Source of the DNA: Octopus sinensis
Lineage: Eukaryota
Reading direction: 5' to 3'
Assembly (NCBI RefSeq): GCF_006345805.1
Contig: NC_042998.1
Coordinates: forward strand, 146,072,001 to 146,136,000
DNA length: 64,000 nt
The position numbers and the translations under genes were made by a program. Position 1 is the first letter of the stretch. Each line of letters starts with the position of its first letter. Below are positions 21,996-36,440 of this stretch, one piece after another. The notes below the pieces were generated by a model. The model was not told the origin of the DNA, made no database searches, and worked only from the letters and a program-made list of their open reading frames with translations.

Positions 21996-24697
21996 ACATA
22001 TATATAAATTTTTTTTCTTCAAGAAGTCGTATCTCTCAAGACCTAATTATTTTCCAATTAAGTTAAAAACTGTATAATTGTTGTTCCTAACTGTTCTACA
22101 TACCTTGTCTTGGATCTTGGTAGTTTGCTCAAATTATCTATAGTTTGTTCTCATTTACATATGAAGTCACTTGATTGCAGTAAATACAAAGATACTAGAT
22201 TGAAAAGACGATCATTTTACACCATGAAAAAAAATTGAGATAATTATAATGACAGTGCTGTAAAGACTGAGTAAACTTTTTTGTCTTTGTGAAACACTGC
22301 AGTAAAGAGAGATTCTTCAACAACTATTGTAGAGATTTAACAACTCCATCTCTGCAATATTTTAATCTCCATCTGTAAAAGCCCATAGCCAACACACTGA
22401 CTGATCTTATCTGCCACTCTAAATATGTCTTGATAAGCTATGGATAGGTTTTTCATTCTTGAATGAAATGGAGTGAAGAAACTCTCTTCAAATTAATTCA
22501 CATTTGAATCTCATTCAGTCCTCTACATATAATTTTCACAATCAATGAAGATAAAGTAAATGTATGCATTTAGAAAGTATCTGAAAATTATTGGTGATGG
22601 TAATTTCTACAGGTCAACAATTTCAAAGTATTTAGATGCTAGAGTTACTGATTTTTTGATAAAACTGCTATGGGGTATAAATTTTTCAGTAACAGTTTAA
22701 GGTGACATCATCATTCTAATGTCCACTTCCCATACCTGCATAGATCAAATAGTATATTGAAGCAGTTTTCTATTGCCTGTTACCCTTGTCACCAACCCTT
22801 CTTTGTTTCCAAGCAAAGTAGATATTTCACCATGGACAGGTATTTTTAAATAGAATATTGGAAATGAATAACACCACCTGTATGATGGTGACACTTGTCT
22901 ACAACAATCGCTCTGTCATGACAGTGACAAACCTGCACATATATTCATACAATGGTCTTTTCAGTTTCTGTCTACCAAATTCACTTGCAAGACTTTAATT
23001 GTCCCCAAGACAGAAGACACTTGTTTAAAGTACTACACAATAGAATTGAACCTAAAACCATATAGTTGTGAAGCAAACATTTTACCCACACAGCCACACC
23101 TATAAATTGTGATTTAATTGAACTAAGTACACTGCTACTAAAGTCAATTGAATTTTCACATTTCAGTTAAAATAGAAAAACAAGGCCTGTCATTTGGTTA
23201 ATGTAATCAGTTTTAGCATAACATTATTAAGGCAAAATGATAGATTACCTCACCGCATTTGTTCTAGTAGTCTAAGTTCAAATTGTGCCTGAGTCAACTT
23301 TGCCTTTCTTTCTTTTGGGCTTGATAAAAGTACCAGTCCTATTCTGCTATCAATTACTTTTTTCTAGACAAACTTGGTTGTGATCAGACCTAGAAAGGGA
23401 TGGGCTCCACCACATCTAAAAATACCCAACATATACTATTTGTCATAATGTTGGTATAAGTACGAAGGGTTAAGTTTGGAAAACTGACTTAATTTCACTT
23501 GGCAAAAAGAATAGGATGGTTGTATGTTTATATTTGAAAATGTGAATGTGTTCAATAGTTATGGCACCAAAGTTGGACAACAGTAATTTAAATGATTTAC
23601 TATATATGCAGTATTAAGCTTAGAGATAAGCTGAAATTAGATTAAACTATCTTTTTAGCTAACAATTTTCAGAATTTAGGATAAAGTATAAACATTTGAT
23701 TAGCATACAAAAGTATTGAGCCATATTATTATCATGATTTTAATATCTGCATTCTATGCTGACATAGGTTGAATTGTTCAGCAGGATTCAATGGACCAGA
23801 GGACTGCATTGAGCTCTAATTGTCTATTTTTAGTATGGTTTCTGCAGCTGGATGCCTTTCCTAATGCCAACCATTTTACAAAATGTACTGAGTGCTTTTC
23901 ATGGCACCAGCACTAGTGAGGTCATTAAGTAACTTACAAGTTAAGACTCCTTGGCAAAGTGGTGGGTGCATGAGCAATCAAGAAACATTTTGGTAATATA
24001 AAAAGAATTGATTAAAACTAAACACTGTTCATTTACACATCATTGTAACATCCACTTTTCTATGTTGGTCAGTTTATTAAGGCAGGTTTCTATGGTTGAA
24101 TGTCCTTCCTGCCACCAACCCTCACTGCTTTCCAAGTAAGGTAGTTATTCACATGTTTTCAAAGAATATTAGAAAGACACTGCTTGTATGATAGTGACAC
24201 TTATTTACAACTATCATGTAGTATCAAAACAAAATTAAAATATACATATTTGCATCCATACGTAATAGATGGCTGGCTTCCATAGCATAAAAATGACTGA
24301 GATCAGAACATTCCACCTGAATGGGATTCTAGTTTGTCACAAGATTTCTCATTTACGGCTAAGTGGACTAAAGCAATGTGAAATGAAGTGTTTTGCTCAA
24401 GAACACAATACACTGCCCAGTCTAGGAATCAAAACCACAACCATGCGATTGTGAGTGTAACACTGTAACCATTAGGCCACATATCTTCACTTGTGTATAG
24501 AATGTCTGAAGGTGGGAGAATGGCCAGAGCTGAAATATCTTTGATCATGGGTCAGCTTGATCAGAACTAACCTGGGTCTAAATAACTTTATTAATAATGC
24601 CTTTCTATTTATGACCTACAATAATAATGTTTAACTTTGATAATAGCAATAACATTGTGTCAATAATCCTAATCTTTCTTTTTTTTTTATAAGATAA

Positions 24698-25084
24698 CTA
24701 GCAGTATCGCTTGGGTTTGTAAGGGAAATAACTATATAAGCATTTTTAGAGATGTAAAGTATAATAGCCATCTCAATATGGCTAACCACAAAGGGGTGGG
24801 GGTTACTGTAGCTTTTTACGTTCTGAGATTTAATAATAAATCTTCAGAGAGTTACTTCCCTTATATACGCCAAAAATGCATTAAAAATGGGAAAAATTGA
24901 TGGTAAATTTTTTTTTAAATCGTAGACTCATCGTAGACGCGCGCTAATACCCAGAAGGGCTCGATATGAATCACGACTATAAGATACCCGGTTTTGGTTA
25001 AACTGCACCGCAAAATGTGGGAGTAGTTAGGAATCTAAATCGTAGGAGACAGACAGCACACAACTTCTCTTTTATATATAAAGA
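24698..25084 (-). mobile_element. Non-autonomous Helitron
   Basis: Minus strand starts A|TCTTTATATATAAAAG and ends TACTGCTAG|T; no TSD; CpG-rich relative to its flanks. Confidence 0.75.
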
Positions 25085-25905
25085 TTTTCCTTTAAAAATA
25101 ATTTTATTACTCTTTCTTCAAATTGGCCCTTTAAATATGTCTGCTTCTATATGTTTTCTTCCCATTCCTAAAAGTTAAAATATTTCCTCATTATAGGAGA
25201 AACAAAATTCGGCACTGGGGCTGGTTTGTACCCCTGACCCATATGCATGTCTTATACCCCACAGAAAACTAGGGATATTACTTGGACTGGCCCATTATGA
25301 GTTCAGACTTTCAGCCTAGACACTGTACAATAGCAGTGATGGGACACAATTGATCTTTCAGTTCTTGCTGTCCAGAACACCACTGACTTGACCAGTCATA
25401 ATTTCCAATAAATATCATTATAATACATTAAATGTATAACTACCATAGTAGTTATCCTAAGCTATGTTCTGCATTCTCTTCTAGAATCACCAACACAATC
25501 ATTATCATGGTATGTGAAAGCTCTTGTTTGGAGTTGCTTTCCTGGATGGGCGAGGAAACCATTTTGGCATGGTTTGTATGGGTAGAAACCTTTCGAACAT
25601 CAACCACTTTACAGATTGTATTGTGTGCATTTCATTGTAGCACAATATACTTTCAATCTACACTTTTGAATAATCACTTCTATTCACTTAGTGCTCTGAG
25701 AATTTTATAGTGGCACCAACATTAGTGGAGTTGTATCATACTCCATAAAATTAAAGAGTTCCACTATGATGAGCTCATTCACTCAGGGCTTCATAGCTGA
25801 GGAAATAAAAGCTCTAGGATGGGTGGGTAAATGGAACAAGAATGAAAAGATAGTTCCTTTACATCAATGACAGTGTATTAACGACCTACTCCCACAAAGA
25901 TTTAA

Positions 25906-26884
25906 CCCTTTCGTTACCAAGCCGCCCGTATTTACCTATTCATATTTAAATGAGAATATCAGAGCAAATCTCTTTAGTACATTCGTGAAAACACGTGATT
26001 ATACTTCGTAAACAGTTCATCTATAGTTTTGTACAACAATCGACGTGTAATTTTAATTCCCTGAATTTTGGGAGATTTTTTTCGGCATCGATTTTTCTTC
26101 AACTTTGAAAATGGATAGGAGTTTCATGTTATCAAGCATTGATTCCAAATTGGAAAATTTGTGAAGCAAATACTGGGTACTGTTGTGGATTTAGTTTTTA
26201 TACAGGGAAACTAATGTTAGTCAGCATGGCTTAGTGTATGATGTGGTCTGGAAGTTATTGTTTGAAGCGATCGATGCGGAAACAAACAAAATGGGGGATC
26301 AAATTTTGGAAAATTTGTGAAGCAAATACTGGGTACTGAGTGGATTTAGTTTTTATACAGGGAAAATAATGTTAGTCAGCATGACCTAGGGAACGATGTG
26401 GTCTGGAATTTATCACTTCCATACCATAACCAGGGCCGTATATTATTTTTTGACCGATTTCTTTAGTTCGGTCAAACTTGTGATGGATTCCAGTATTTCA
26501 CTTTATTCCACCTTTATGGTACACCTGTTGTGCATTAAATTCAACTGATGATATAGTGATGTGCACAATTCTTCTTTATCAAAATTTTGTTGCATACCCA
26601 TTTGAATATTAGCTGATGATTCATTTTCTATGGTGATGTTTAAACAAAATTTTAATATTTTTACCTTTTGCTCAATTTACCTGTAATTAAAGTCACTTTG
26701 AGACAAAAGTTATGCAATAGAATTAAGAACCCTTTCTTTAATTATGTTCCAAATATCACATTAATATGTTAAGTAAAAAAAGTTACAGTTATTTAATGAA
26801 ACAATCCTAGATTCATGATTATTTTAGAATTTAATTGAAACTCATGAGGGGTGTATTTTGGTCAGAAATATAGTAACGAAAGGG
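25906..26884 (+). mobile_element. piggyBac internal-deletion derivative with intact ends
   Basis: TTAA-CCCTTTCGTTAC ... GTAACGAAAGGG-TTAA (12-bp TIR, TTAA TSD); remnant peptides [52 protein letters not shown]. Confidence 0.92.
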
Positions 26885-29800
26885 TTAAAGAATACTGTAA
26901 ACGACTTTGTAAGATCAACTATGAAGTTAAAAGCCATGTTCTAGGCCAAAACAGTCCTACTGTCACATAACCCAATCATAAAGAAATCTGAAGAAACAGA
27001 GGTTGTGCAGAAGGTCTGTTTTTAGAAGAAGGTGTGGGGAACAGGCTTTCTTTTGAACAGACAATAAAATCAGTGCAAATATGGAAGCTGTTGCTTTTGA
27101 AAGACTAATACAGATTTCAGTTAGATCATTGAATTTGCCTAAGCATGAATGAAGAATAGTGTATAACAAACTATTGTCCTAATCACTGGTAGAGAGACCT
27201 AGATGTGGGGCAATTTAACATGTGAAAATACAAAAGCAGCTCCACCTAAGTTTCCGCTACAAAAATCTGCAGCATTTCTTAGAGGTTCATGGTACAACTG
27301 ACTTCAGCAGTGCAGAACTGAAGAGACTGAAACTCATTCAATCAAGAGTTAGCTCTAATGAGCAGGATACATTGTTTGAATTGTGGGGATTTAAACAAAT
27401 CAATGCTGGTTACTGGGGAGGGGGCACAAGTACACATACACATGCAACAAGCTTCTTCAGTTTCCATTTCCCAAATTCACTCAGGCAAACAAGAGCTTTC
27501 ACATACCATGATAATGACTGTGTTGGTGATTCTAGAAGAGAATGCAGGAAATAACTTAGGATAACTACTATAGTTTTCCTTGTTACAAGGGAAACTATGG
27601 CAGAGAAACTTGTTAGTAGCCATAGAAACCATTCTAGTGGTGCAATCTGTCAAGAACTAATTCCTGTCAGTGCAGCTGTTTCCCCTGTGTTGAATATTTG
27701 ATTATAGATGATAGCTAAACCACTCACTATACTACTTACCAACAATAACGGGTGAAGTGTGACGTAGCAACAGCTGGACTTGGTGAACAATCATTGAACA
27801 ATTGGTCTTTTTTCACTTCTAATCTACTTTCTGTTTTAGAGGATGGTTTTAAAAGAAACTTACTGGTTTACTCTTCCATGAATTATTTATTTCGGTTGGC
27901 CCCTGATAGATGCTTTGTAGTAGTTAATTGATTACATGATTTTAATTTAAAATATTATTAAGGTTTAAGTGCCTTTCATTCCTTTACAGTTCAAGTTGTA
28001 GCCCATACCATCTCCATTTGAGTGAGATTTTATATCTAGTTTAAAACGAGAATCATTCTCAGTTTTTGTTCATCAGTCTTAACCACCAATGTTTTATATT
28101 TCCAGTTTCTAGTCACTTATTAGATATGTTCATTTCATTATTCATTCTCAATTGTTTAAACAAACCAGATGCATTTTTGTCTGATATTTATATCACATAT
28201 GTCTTCATTGTAGAAAGAGCATTTCACATCTAAATCTCTACTACTTTAATAAAAGTATTAGCTACATCTTTAGATTTAAAATAAAAAGCATGAACATGGC
28301 TGTATGGGTGCAGGTATGACTGTTAAGCTTAAGAATTTACTTCACAACCACGTGGTTTCAGGTTCAGTCTTGCTGCTTGGAACCCCAGGCCAACCATAGA
28401 TTTGGTAAATAAAAACTGAAATAATGTGTGTGTGTGAGAGAGACTATTTGTCTCTCCTTGTGACAATGTGCGGTAGCTGTTCAGACATGCAAGCAGTATC
28501 ATTCATTTCCAATCTTTAATAAAAACATTTAATATTATGGGAAATGTTACTTTATTTGAAAACAGCTGAGAGTTAGCAATAGGAAGGGCATTCACCCATA
28601 GAAAATTTGCATCAACAAATTCTATCTGACCTGTGTAAGCAAGAAAAAGTGGACATTATAACAGTGATTATGGTGAGTGATTGCCAGTGGAAGAGCATTC
28701 ACTTGACATTTACAAAAAGTTATTGATCAAAGATAATCTTAAAGAAATAAGACTGTTATAGTATGATTATTATAGAAATGTGATTTTTTTTACAGCTCTC
28801 TAAGATACCATATTATACTATAGCAAGATGTGCTTGAGGACTAAACCTTATTCTCCAACCTGAAATTCAGTGTTTAACAAAGCTTCATTAAAATGAGAAT
28901 ATAAGTTTAACTTTTTTTATACTAATGTACTTTCCCTGATATAAACTTCCTATTTTAAAGTGATCTAAATTAAAAATTTTCAACATTCATGTTAATTTAT
29001 ATTCCAAACACCTTTTTAATATTGACAAAGTAATTTTAACTAAATTGATTATTATTTTCACATGTCTTAATAAACGGGTTAAGTTCAAAAGACTGGTTTG
29101 ATGCTTAAATTACAAATTCTAAAATGTTAATCTTAGAAGTAGTTTAAGAAGCTGTAAGAATTTATATTTCATGTACATTTAGATTGGCTGTCAATGATAA
29201 GAGATCAGGCTATTTTCATAATACTCACTAATTATCTGTATAACTGTCAGAAACTCAACTAGCAATTAAGATAAAATAAATAGTTGGCATTTAGAGGTAT
29301 TTTTCTTTTTATGTTGATCTTGACAGTTTTTTTTTTTTTTCTCCCTATTTGAAAAATTATTTCAGATTTCCAACTATCTTGACATCAGATAAAATAGTTT
29401 TAAAATTTTTGTTTCCTTACTTCCTTGTTTAAATATATAGTTAAAATACAGAATATGTTTATATGGTTGTGTAGTTAAGAAGCACATAGTTTGGGGTTCA
29501 GTTCTACTGCATAGCAACTTGTGCATGTCTTTTACTATAGACCTGGGAAAACCAATGCCTTGCATATGAATTCAAGGGACAGAAAATGTATGGAGGCTTG
29601 TGTTTGTGGTTTGTTTGTTTGCTTATAACTTAGTGGTTTTGGGAAAGAAGCCAATAGAATAATTACCACACTTTTAAAAAGACATAAGTACGGGGTTGAT
29701 TTATTTGACTAAAACCTTTCTAGTTGGTGCCTCAGCATGGTCACAGTCTAATGACCAAAGCTAAAGCTAAAAATAGCACAGAATATTGGGTTCAAAACAC

Positions 29801-32559
29801 TAAAGCATTTTGGGAAATTACTGCTTTTGATTTTCTTGTCAACAAAGGGAATCCTTTGTGATATAAAAAAAAAATGGGCTTTACACTACTTTTAACATGA
29901 TAGACAGAGTATGGTTAAATGTTTAAAATGGTTGGCATCACAACTATGTGGTTCTGGGTACAATCCCACTGCATGGCATCTTGGGCAAATGTCATTTTCT
30001 ATAGCCACAAGTTAACCCAGACTTTGTGAGTAAAGTTGGGTTGATGTAAATTGTATAGAAGCTCATTGGGCAGATTGTACATCATCATCTTTAAATGCCC
30101 ATGTTCCATGCAGTTATTGGATATATGGTCTGACAGGATCTGATGCCTCTAAGAACTGCACAGTGTGTGAGGTACTTTTTCATGGTACCAGCTTGCAAGA
30201 TTACAATCCCCCTTGACTGGGTGAGACTACTGGAGAGAGGAAAGCAATTTTATGCAAGGAGTTAAGAGGCTGGAACAGAATAGGTTTCTTACTGTAGAGG
30301 AGCAATATGACTACTCATATTATAGAAGAGAAGGTGAGAGTAATGGGCATGGCGCTGGAGAAAGAGAGAGAAAATGGTAATGTTGATATGTGAATGGACC
30401 CTCAAGGTACAAGATTAGTAGAATTCTATGTGGCACAGTCTTGTCATGTACTGTATCATGTTGATTCTACCTGACAGTTACATTAAGGCTATACTTGTTC
30501 ACTCATTTGCATATTACTTCAGGAGCACATTAATTCATTTAATCAAAAACTGAATCCTCATTGAATGACAGAGATCCACCATCAAAAATGTGATCTATAT
30601 GACAATCATATGTACAGTTAGTAAGGGGAGGAAAGACTATATATAATGCAACAGATGAGCATTGGGAATCAGTTGAGAAAATGCCAGTAAGTGTGGGTTT
30701 GGATAGCCTATTTTTCTGAAAGAAAAATATTGAAATTGTTGTGAAGTTAGTTCAAGGAAGTAATTAGGGCAGACCTTATACAGATGCTACAAATTAAGAC
30801 CCTTGGTAAGATGCTCTCTTATAAATTTATTCTGCCCCTGTCGTAATGGAAAAGCAAGGGTTAGTTTATCGGAAAGATAATTATTATTGATGCTAGCATG
30901 AACTAGTAGTTGTAGACATTAAAAAATTTGCATAAATTGATGGCACTAGTCTTTCACTGCAAGATGGACCACCTCAGACCAATCACTTAACTGCAAAACA
31001 TTCCTTGCCATAAAATTCCTTCAGCAAATGTAATAACCACTCTCTCAATGTAACCAGCTAGTCACTTTGTATTGATATTTGTGATGTCCTTCATTAATTA
31101 ATTAATTTCCTGCGCCAGTTTTAGCAGTATTAGCTAACTGATGCAGTGACAAGTTGCTTTCTTGGAATTCTGTTATTTACTTGAATTATCACTGACCTTA
31201 ATTCTAAATTACCAACAAAAAAGATAAATTATTACTTGTGATGTCTCTGCCATCAATTATCTTTCCTATGCAATATTGCCATTATATGACACATATTTAA
31301 GCTGCTAACATTTCTCTGCTGCCATTAAATTTCATTACCATTCAGACAGATACCCATAACCTTTGGTAATGTGATTTATCTACTTGAACTCTTAATTACT
31401 AACAGAAGATGCTTTAAATTTAAATAACATAGATGATGCAGGCATGGCTGTGTGGTTGAGAAGCTTGCTTCCCAGCCATGTGGTCTCAAGCTCCCACTAA
31501 AGAGTCTCTTGGACAGATGTCTTCTACTGTAGCTCCAGGCCTTAACCAAAGCCTCATGAGTAGATTTGGTAGATAGAAACTGAAAGAAGTGTGTGTGTGT
31601 TTCTGTGTACCCTTATCTTGACATTGCAAGAGGGTTGTTGTGAATGAGCATCACTGTCATACAAGTGATGTCCATTTCCTTGCTTAGAAACAGGTGAGGG
31701 CATTTAAAAGTAATTGTTAAGTTCTACCTTGTTAACCTACTTCCAATTAAAATTCTCAGAGGGTGGAAAAAGAAACGCATTTTAAACTACTCTATCCAGT
31801 GTTTTGTATATACTTTTGTGTAAATTATCCTTAAAGAAATAAGATAGGCGGTTGCATTTAGTTCTTGTGTATAAATGCAAACCCTAGAATTCTAGGCTTA
31901 AAAATCTGTAGGGATGCATTTATTATACACAAATAAGTATGGTATTTAGCCTTGAGGATTAGTGCACCTCAAAGATCCAGGAAGGCTTCAAGCTTAGCAT
32001 ACATGGAGAAATAAAATATTTCAGATCCAACTAACTCCTGCTAGTAAGGCAATGGATGTTAAAACAATTATGAGGTTTCCAAAGGTCAATTTAATATTTT
32101 GAATCTTTTTGCCAACTTTGTAATATTTTAGTATGTCTTTTGATTTCAAAGTCTTCTACAACGACCAAATATGTTTTGATATGCTCATCATTTTGGTAGA
32201 TGTTGCCTCCTTAGATTTGTGAAATCATTACAGTTAATGTTTATCTTGAACATCAGCAGGAAATATATATTGACAGGTGAGAAATTCCAGAGTGTTGGTA
32301 TCTTATAATGGAAAGATTGGAAGGCATAACTGGTAAAATAGTTAGAATAAGAAAAGATAGATTATTGAGTGAAGGTGGTATACAGCTAACTAGTTCAGAT
32401 TGCACATCAGTGGGCTACAGAATGCCCTGGGGTTTTAATTATGTATTTGTTTGCATGTTTTTTTTTGTCATACCTAGAACACCCATTATAGAGATCGTTT
32501 CTGTCTTCAAGTCACCCTAAAGAAGTCGGAATAGAATCACTTATGCTTAACAAAGAACT

Positions 32560-34110
32560 TACTATAGAAAAAAATAAATATGAGGGATAACTAGTTAGCA
32601 ACCTAGAAGAGGTGATTAGCAAAGGCATCGTGACCAATGTGCTTGCAGCAAAAACACCACTTCACCATTTCTTCAAGACGAAGCACAAAGGCTGTGTTGT
32701 AAAAGCTAAGGCCCAAGTGGTGGAGACGCAACATGGCAACAAACCAAGTTCCAAGCAGATGCATGCAGCACTTCAGGTGGCTGTTTGATGAAGGTGATGA
32801 GTTAACAATAACAAATTTTAGTTCATGCCTGGATAGCCTGCTGCAGCTCTCAGCAGCAGATGCAAGGCTCTGTAAAAGCCAATAACAGCCACTCAAATAT
32901 GGGAGCTAATGAGCAGTTGCATAAGTCTCAAATTTGCCCAGTTTGGATGGTCTACTTTATGAATTCTATAAATTCATGTGAGATTTGTTTGGCGGCTTCT
33001 TGGCTGACATCTACTGTAAGTAACAGCAGAATGGGAGAATTCCAAGTGCTGTTAGCCAGGGTCTAATAACACTGCGGAGGAAGGATACCAACAAAGGGAA
33101 CATGCTAGAAAATTTGCAGTCCATAACTATGCTAAACACAGAGTTTAATATTTTGGCCATGGTGTTAGTGAAACGGTTGGTGCTTGTCATTGATAGTCTG
33201 GTTGAGGAAGCACAAACTTGTGTGATTCCAAACTGGTCTATCAACGACAACTTCCACCTTATGCAATACATTGCAGAGAACTGGGATGGAAGTTGACTAC
33301 AGAAGGGTTATGGTCAATTTGGATCAATGAAAAGTATTCAATAGGGTCAACCATCATTACTTGGAAGCCGTCTTGAAATCGGCTAGGTTCAAACTGGTTT
33401 TCAGAGTTTGGGTTACTGCAATGCACAGCATTACCTGCTTTGGTCAAAGTAAACAGTCACCAACTGGAATCATTTCACATCGCATGCTCAGTCTTTCAGT
33501 CACTTCTTCTGTACATGCTGGCTCTCAAGCTACTGTCACAGATGTTGGAACAGTTGAGGTGCATTCCTTTCAAACTGGGACACATGAGAGCAGTGTCAGC
33601 ATATGCAGATGATGTCACCATCATGGTGGTGGACACCTCCAAAGTGGAGATGGTTAACACCATTCTAAAGGAATAGGAATTAGTGGCAGGAGCCAAAGTC
33701 AGTAGGCTTGCAACTGGGCACCTGGAGAGTCAGGCTGATGCCGTTGGACACTGGACTGACAAACCAGTTAAACTATTTGTCTGGTTCAGTTCTGACCTCC
33801 AGATGAACCAGAACTGGAGCGAGGTGATAAACAGGGTGGCCAGTCTTAAACAGAAATGGGCTGCGAAGTTGTCCCTGAAAGGTTGGGTAGAGATGGTGAC
33901 TGCCTACATTACTCCCAATATTATTTATCACCTGACCATCATGCCTTTCCCCAGGTACAAACGTCCGTTATTTATTTTCTTGTGGAAAGGTTGCATTCTA
34001 ATGGTCAGTCTGCTGCTAGCACCCTCTGCACAGCAGCTTAGGCATGTTGTGGCTTCTGATGTGCAGACAATGCTGTCATCATTAAACTTCTATCTGGAGC
34101 ATAAACTATG
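32560..34110 (+). mobile_element. Decayed L1/Tx1-clade LINE reverse transcriptase fragment
   Basis: Frameshifted RT motifs SITMLNTEFNILA..L..RL, EAQTCVIP..SINDN, LDQ.K.F.RV.H, SLLLYMLAL, VSAYADDVT, LSLKG. Confidence 0.88.
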
Positions 34111-35253
34111 AAATATTGAAGGAAGGTTTAAATTTAGAACACTTTAAAACAGATGGAAGGTTTTAATTTAGCTAACTTTAAAACAGTTTGTATCAAGAAA
34201 CCAAGGGCAGTCTCAGGTGGGTTGGTATCTTAAAAGATTAAGAAATGATATATCTTCATTAATAAATTTCTTTTGATGTGAAACATCACTTAGAAAGATG
34301 AAAATCTAACAGAAAATGGGTGAGTGAGAGAGAAATAAAAACATGTGGGAATTCCTAAGATACTAAAAGCAGTAAAATTGAAAACATTGAGGAATAGAAA
34401 ACTTCTAAAATAATATTACAAGGTCCAGTACACATTTTATGTAGAATCCTCTCTAAAAGTTCAATGTATAAAACATTAATGCAATAGAAGAAAAAATTAA
34501 TAATAATTTCTTTTATTTACCATGGGGGGGTTACATAATAATGAAATTATATATATAAAAAATGTTGAAAGTACACATGGTGTACAAGGAAGGGAAGTAT
34601 ATATATAGTATTCAACAGACATATGGTCCTCCTGATACAGGACAATTAAGGGCATCTGGCCATAAAAAATCTGCTTCCATCAACTGTCCAACCCATGTAA
34701 GCATAGAAGAGTGAATGTTAAGCTGATGATGATGGCAATGCTGATACAAGGATAGATTTCAAACTAACTCCAAAATTACTATATTAATTATTCATACACT
34801 TTATATTGTAAACTAATACTACTACTTTCATTATCATAACAAAGGTAATGTCAGATTGACCAGACATACCTGTCTTGCAATTGGCAACATAGACAACTGT
34901 TAAAACACCTAATGAACTATAGGTTCAAATGTTAGTGACGTCTGGAGATTAAGTTCTACTTGTGACTAATGTAACGGATGAAATTTACTTTTTGAATAGA
35001 CTTGCTGCTATAAATAATTATTGCCAACAAATCTAAGAGAAAACTGTATATTAAGTACTAACTGCTATTTTTTTGCCAAAATAGTTGTTTATAAGAAAAA
35101 ATATATGCCATGTCTTGGAATTATTTTATCCTAGCAAATATGAAACGTCTTATAATTTTTCATGATAAAATGATAGATGTTACTTTCCAAACCAGCTACT
35201 TGTGACTGGTATCAGCCAAGAAGGATGGCGCTATCAGCTCACTCCTACTCAGA

Positions 35254-35285
<32 letters not shown>

Positions 35286-36221
35286 GTTAAGTGGGTGTCA
35301 AAGCAGATGATAAAGCTATAGATAATACCATGTAAATATCGATTTGAAAAACCCTTTTGGATACAAAAAGTTGGACAGCAAGACACCTAAAGAACTATTA
35401 CGATAATACTATAGTTAGTTCTTATGAATGTATATACCACTCGGTGATACTATAAACCACTAGAGTATGAAAGACATGTAATGAGCCATTCAAAACACAA
35501 AAACTGTTAACTTCACTTAAACATTATTTGGTATCAACTACAGTGGAACCATATCAGTGACCAGGTTGCAATTGATGTGATGAAAATTATGATGCCATAT
35601 AATATATTTTTAACCTTTTAACTGCGATATTATATTTCATGGTTATTCTAGTAATGATGTTACATAGTTTCAAACATGACTTTCCTCAACAAAAGAAACA
35701 TTGGTATATAAAACTGCTTTCTGTTGTTAGGGTAATGAAATTTTGAGTGGTTATATCTGATTTCTGCAATAAAAGGGTCAAGTGAAATTAAACTGTTTGT
35801 GTGTTTTTGAATGGCTAATGTGTTTTCCACTCTGTAATTGTATTAGTTTCAGCACACAAAATCACTTGCCAGACATGATAGACAATTGATCAAAATAAGG
35901 TGTACCTACAGGTATTGAAATTGTATCTTTATGTATCTTCCATCTCACCACATACTAGTTTGAGCTTGTTAACTGTTTCGTGTTGTGCCAAGTAACATGA
36001 ATTTCTGGTGGAAATTTTATCCAGCAATTTTTGATAGTCTGCATCTGAACTAAAACATTTGGGTTCAATTTTGTTGAAGACTGTTTTTGAATTATTCTTG
36101 ACGATTTCTGCTGCTTATGTCTTTTAGTTTTATTATTACTTACATATTCCATCACCATTAAAATCAAAACTTGCATTTCATTCTTCAAATAATTATGTAA
36201 TTATGTAATAATTTGATTTAA

Positions 36222-36440
36222 CCCTTTAGTGTTCAGATTATTCTATCAAACATAATGCCTATTGATTCACATTGATTTGAATTGATCATGCATTATTTCA
36301 TATCTTCAAGATCTTGATGGTGTAATTACCTAATGTAGAATAACATTGTAGGGTAGGTGTGAGAGCCTGGATTTGGTCAGTTTGAACATAAACCAGATTG
36401 AATATTTTGGCCGGATATGGCCGGTTTGAATACTAAAGGG
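36222..36440. mobile_element. piggyBac-type MITE, 219 bp (degraded relative near 8512-8670)
   Basis: TTAA on both sides; TIR CCCTTTAGTGTTCAGA vs CCCTTTAGTATTCAAA. Confidence 0.85.

Noticed and set aside
22030-22560. Coding-like decayed sequence (also about 9450-10000, 30800-31350, 51980-52760)
   Set aside because: May be ancient transposon fossils, but frames contain stops and no diagnostic motif could be read.
26151-26408. Repeat-spacer-repeat pattern
   Set aside because: Only two units of about 100 bp inside a piggyBac remnant; not CRISPR-like.
27222-27564. 110-aa and 68-aa overlapping ORFs
   Set aside because: No recognisable motif; they run into SINE fragments.
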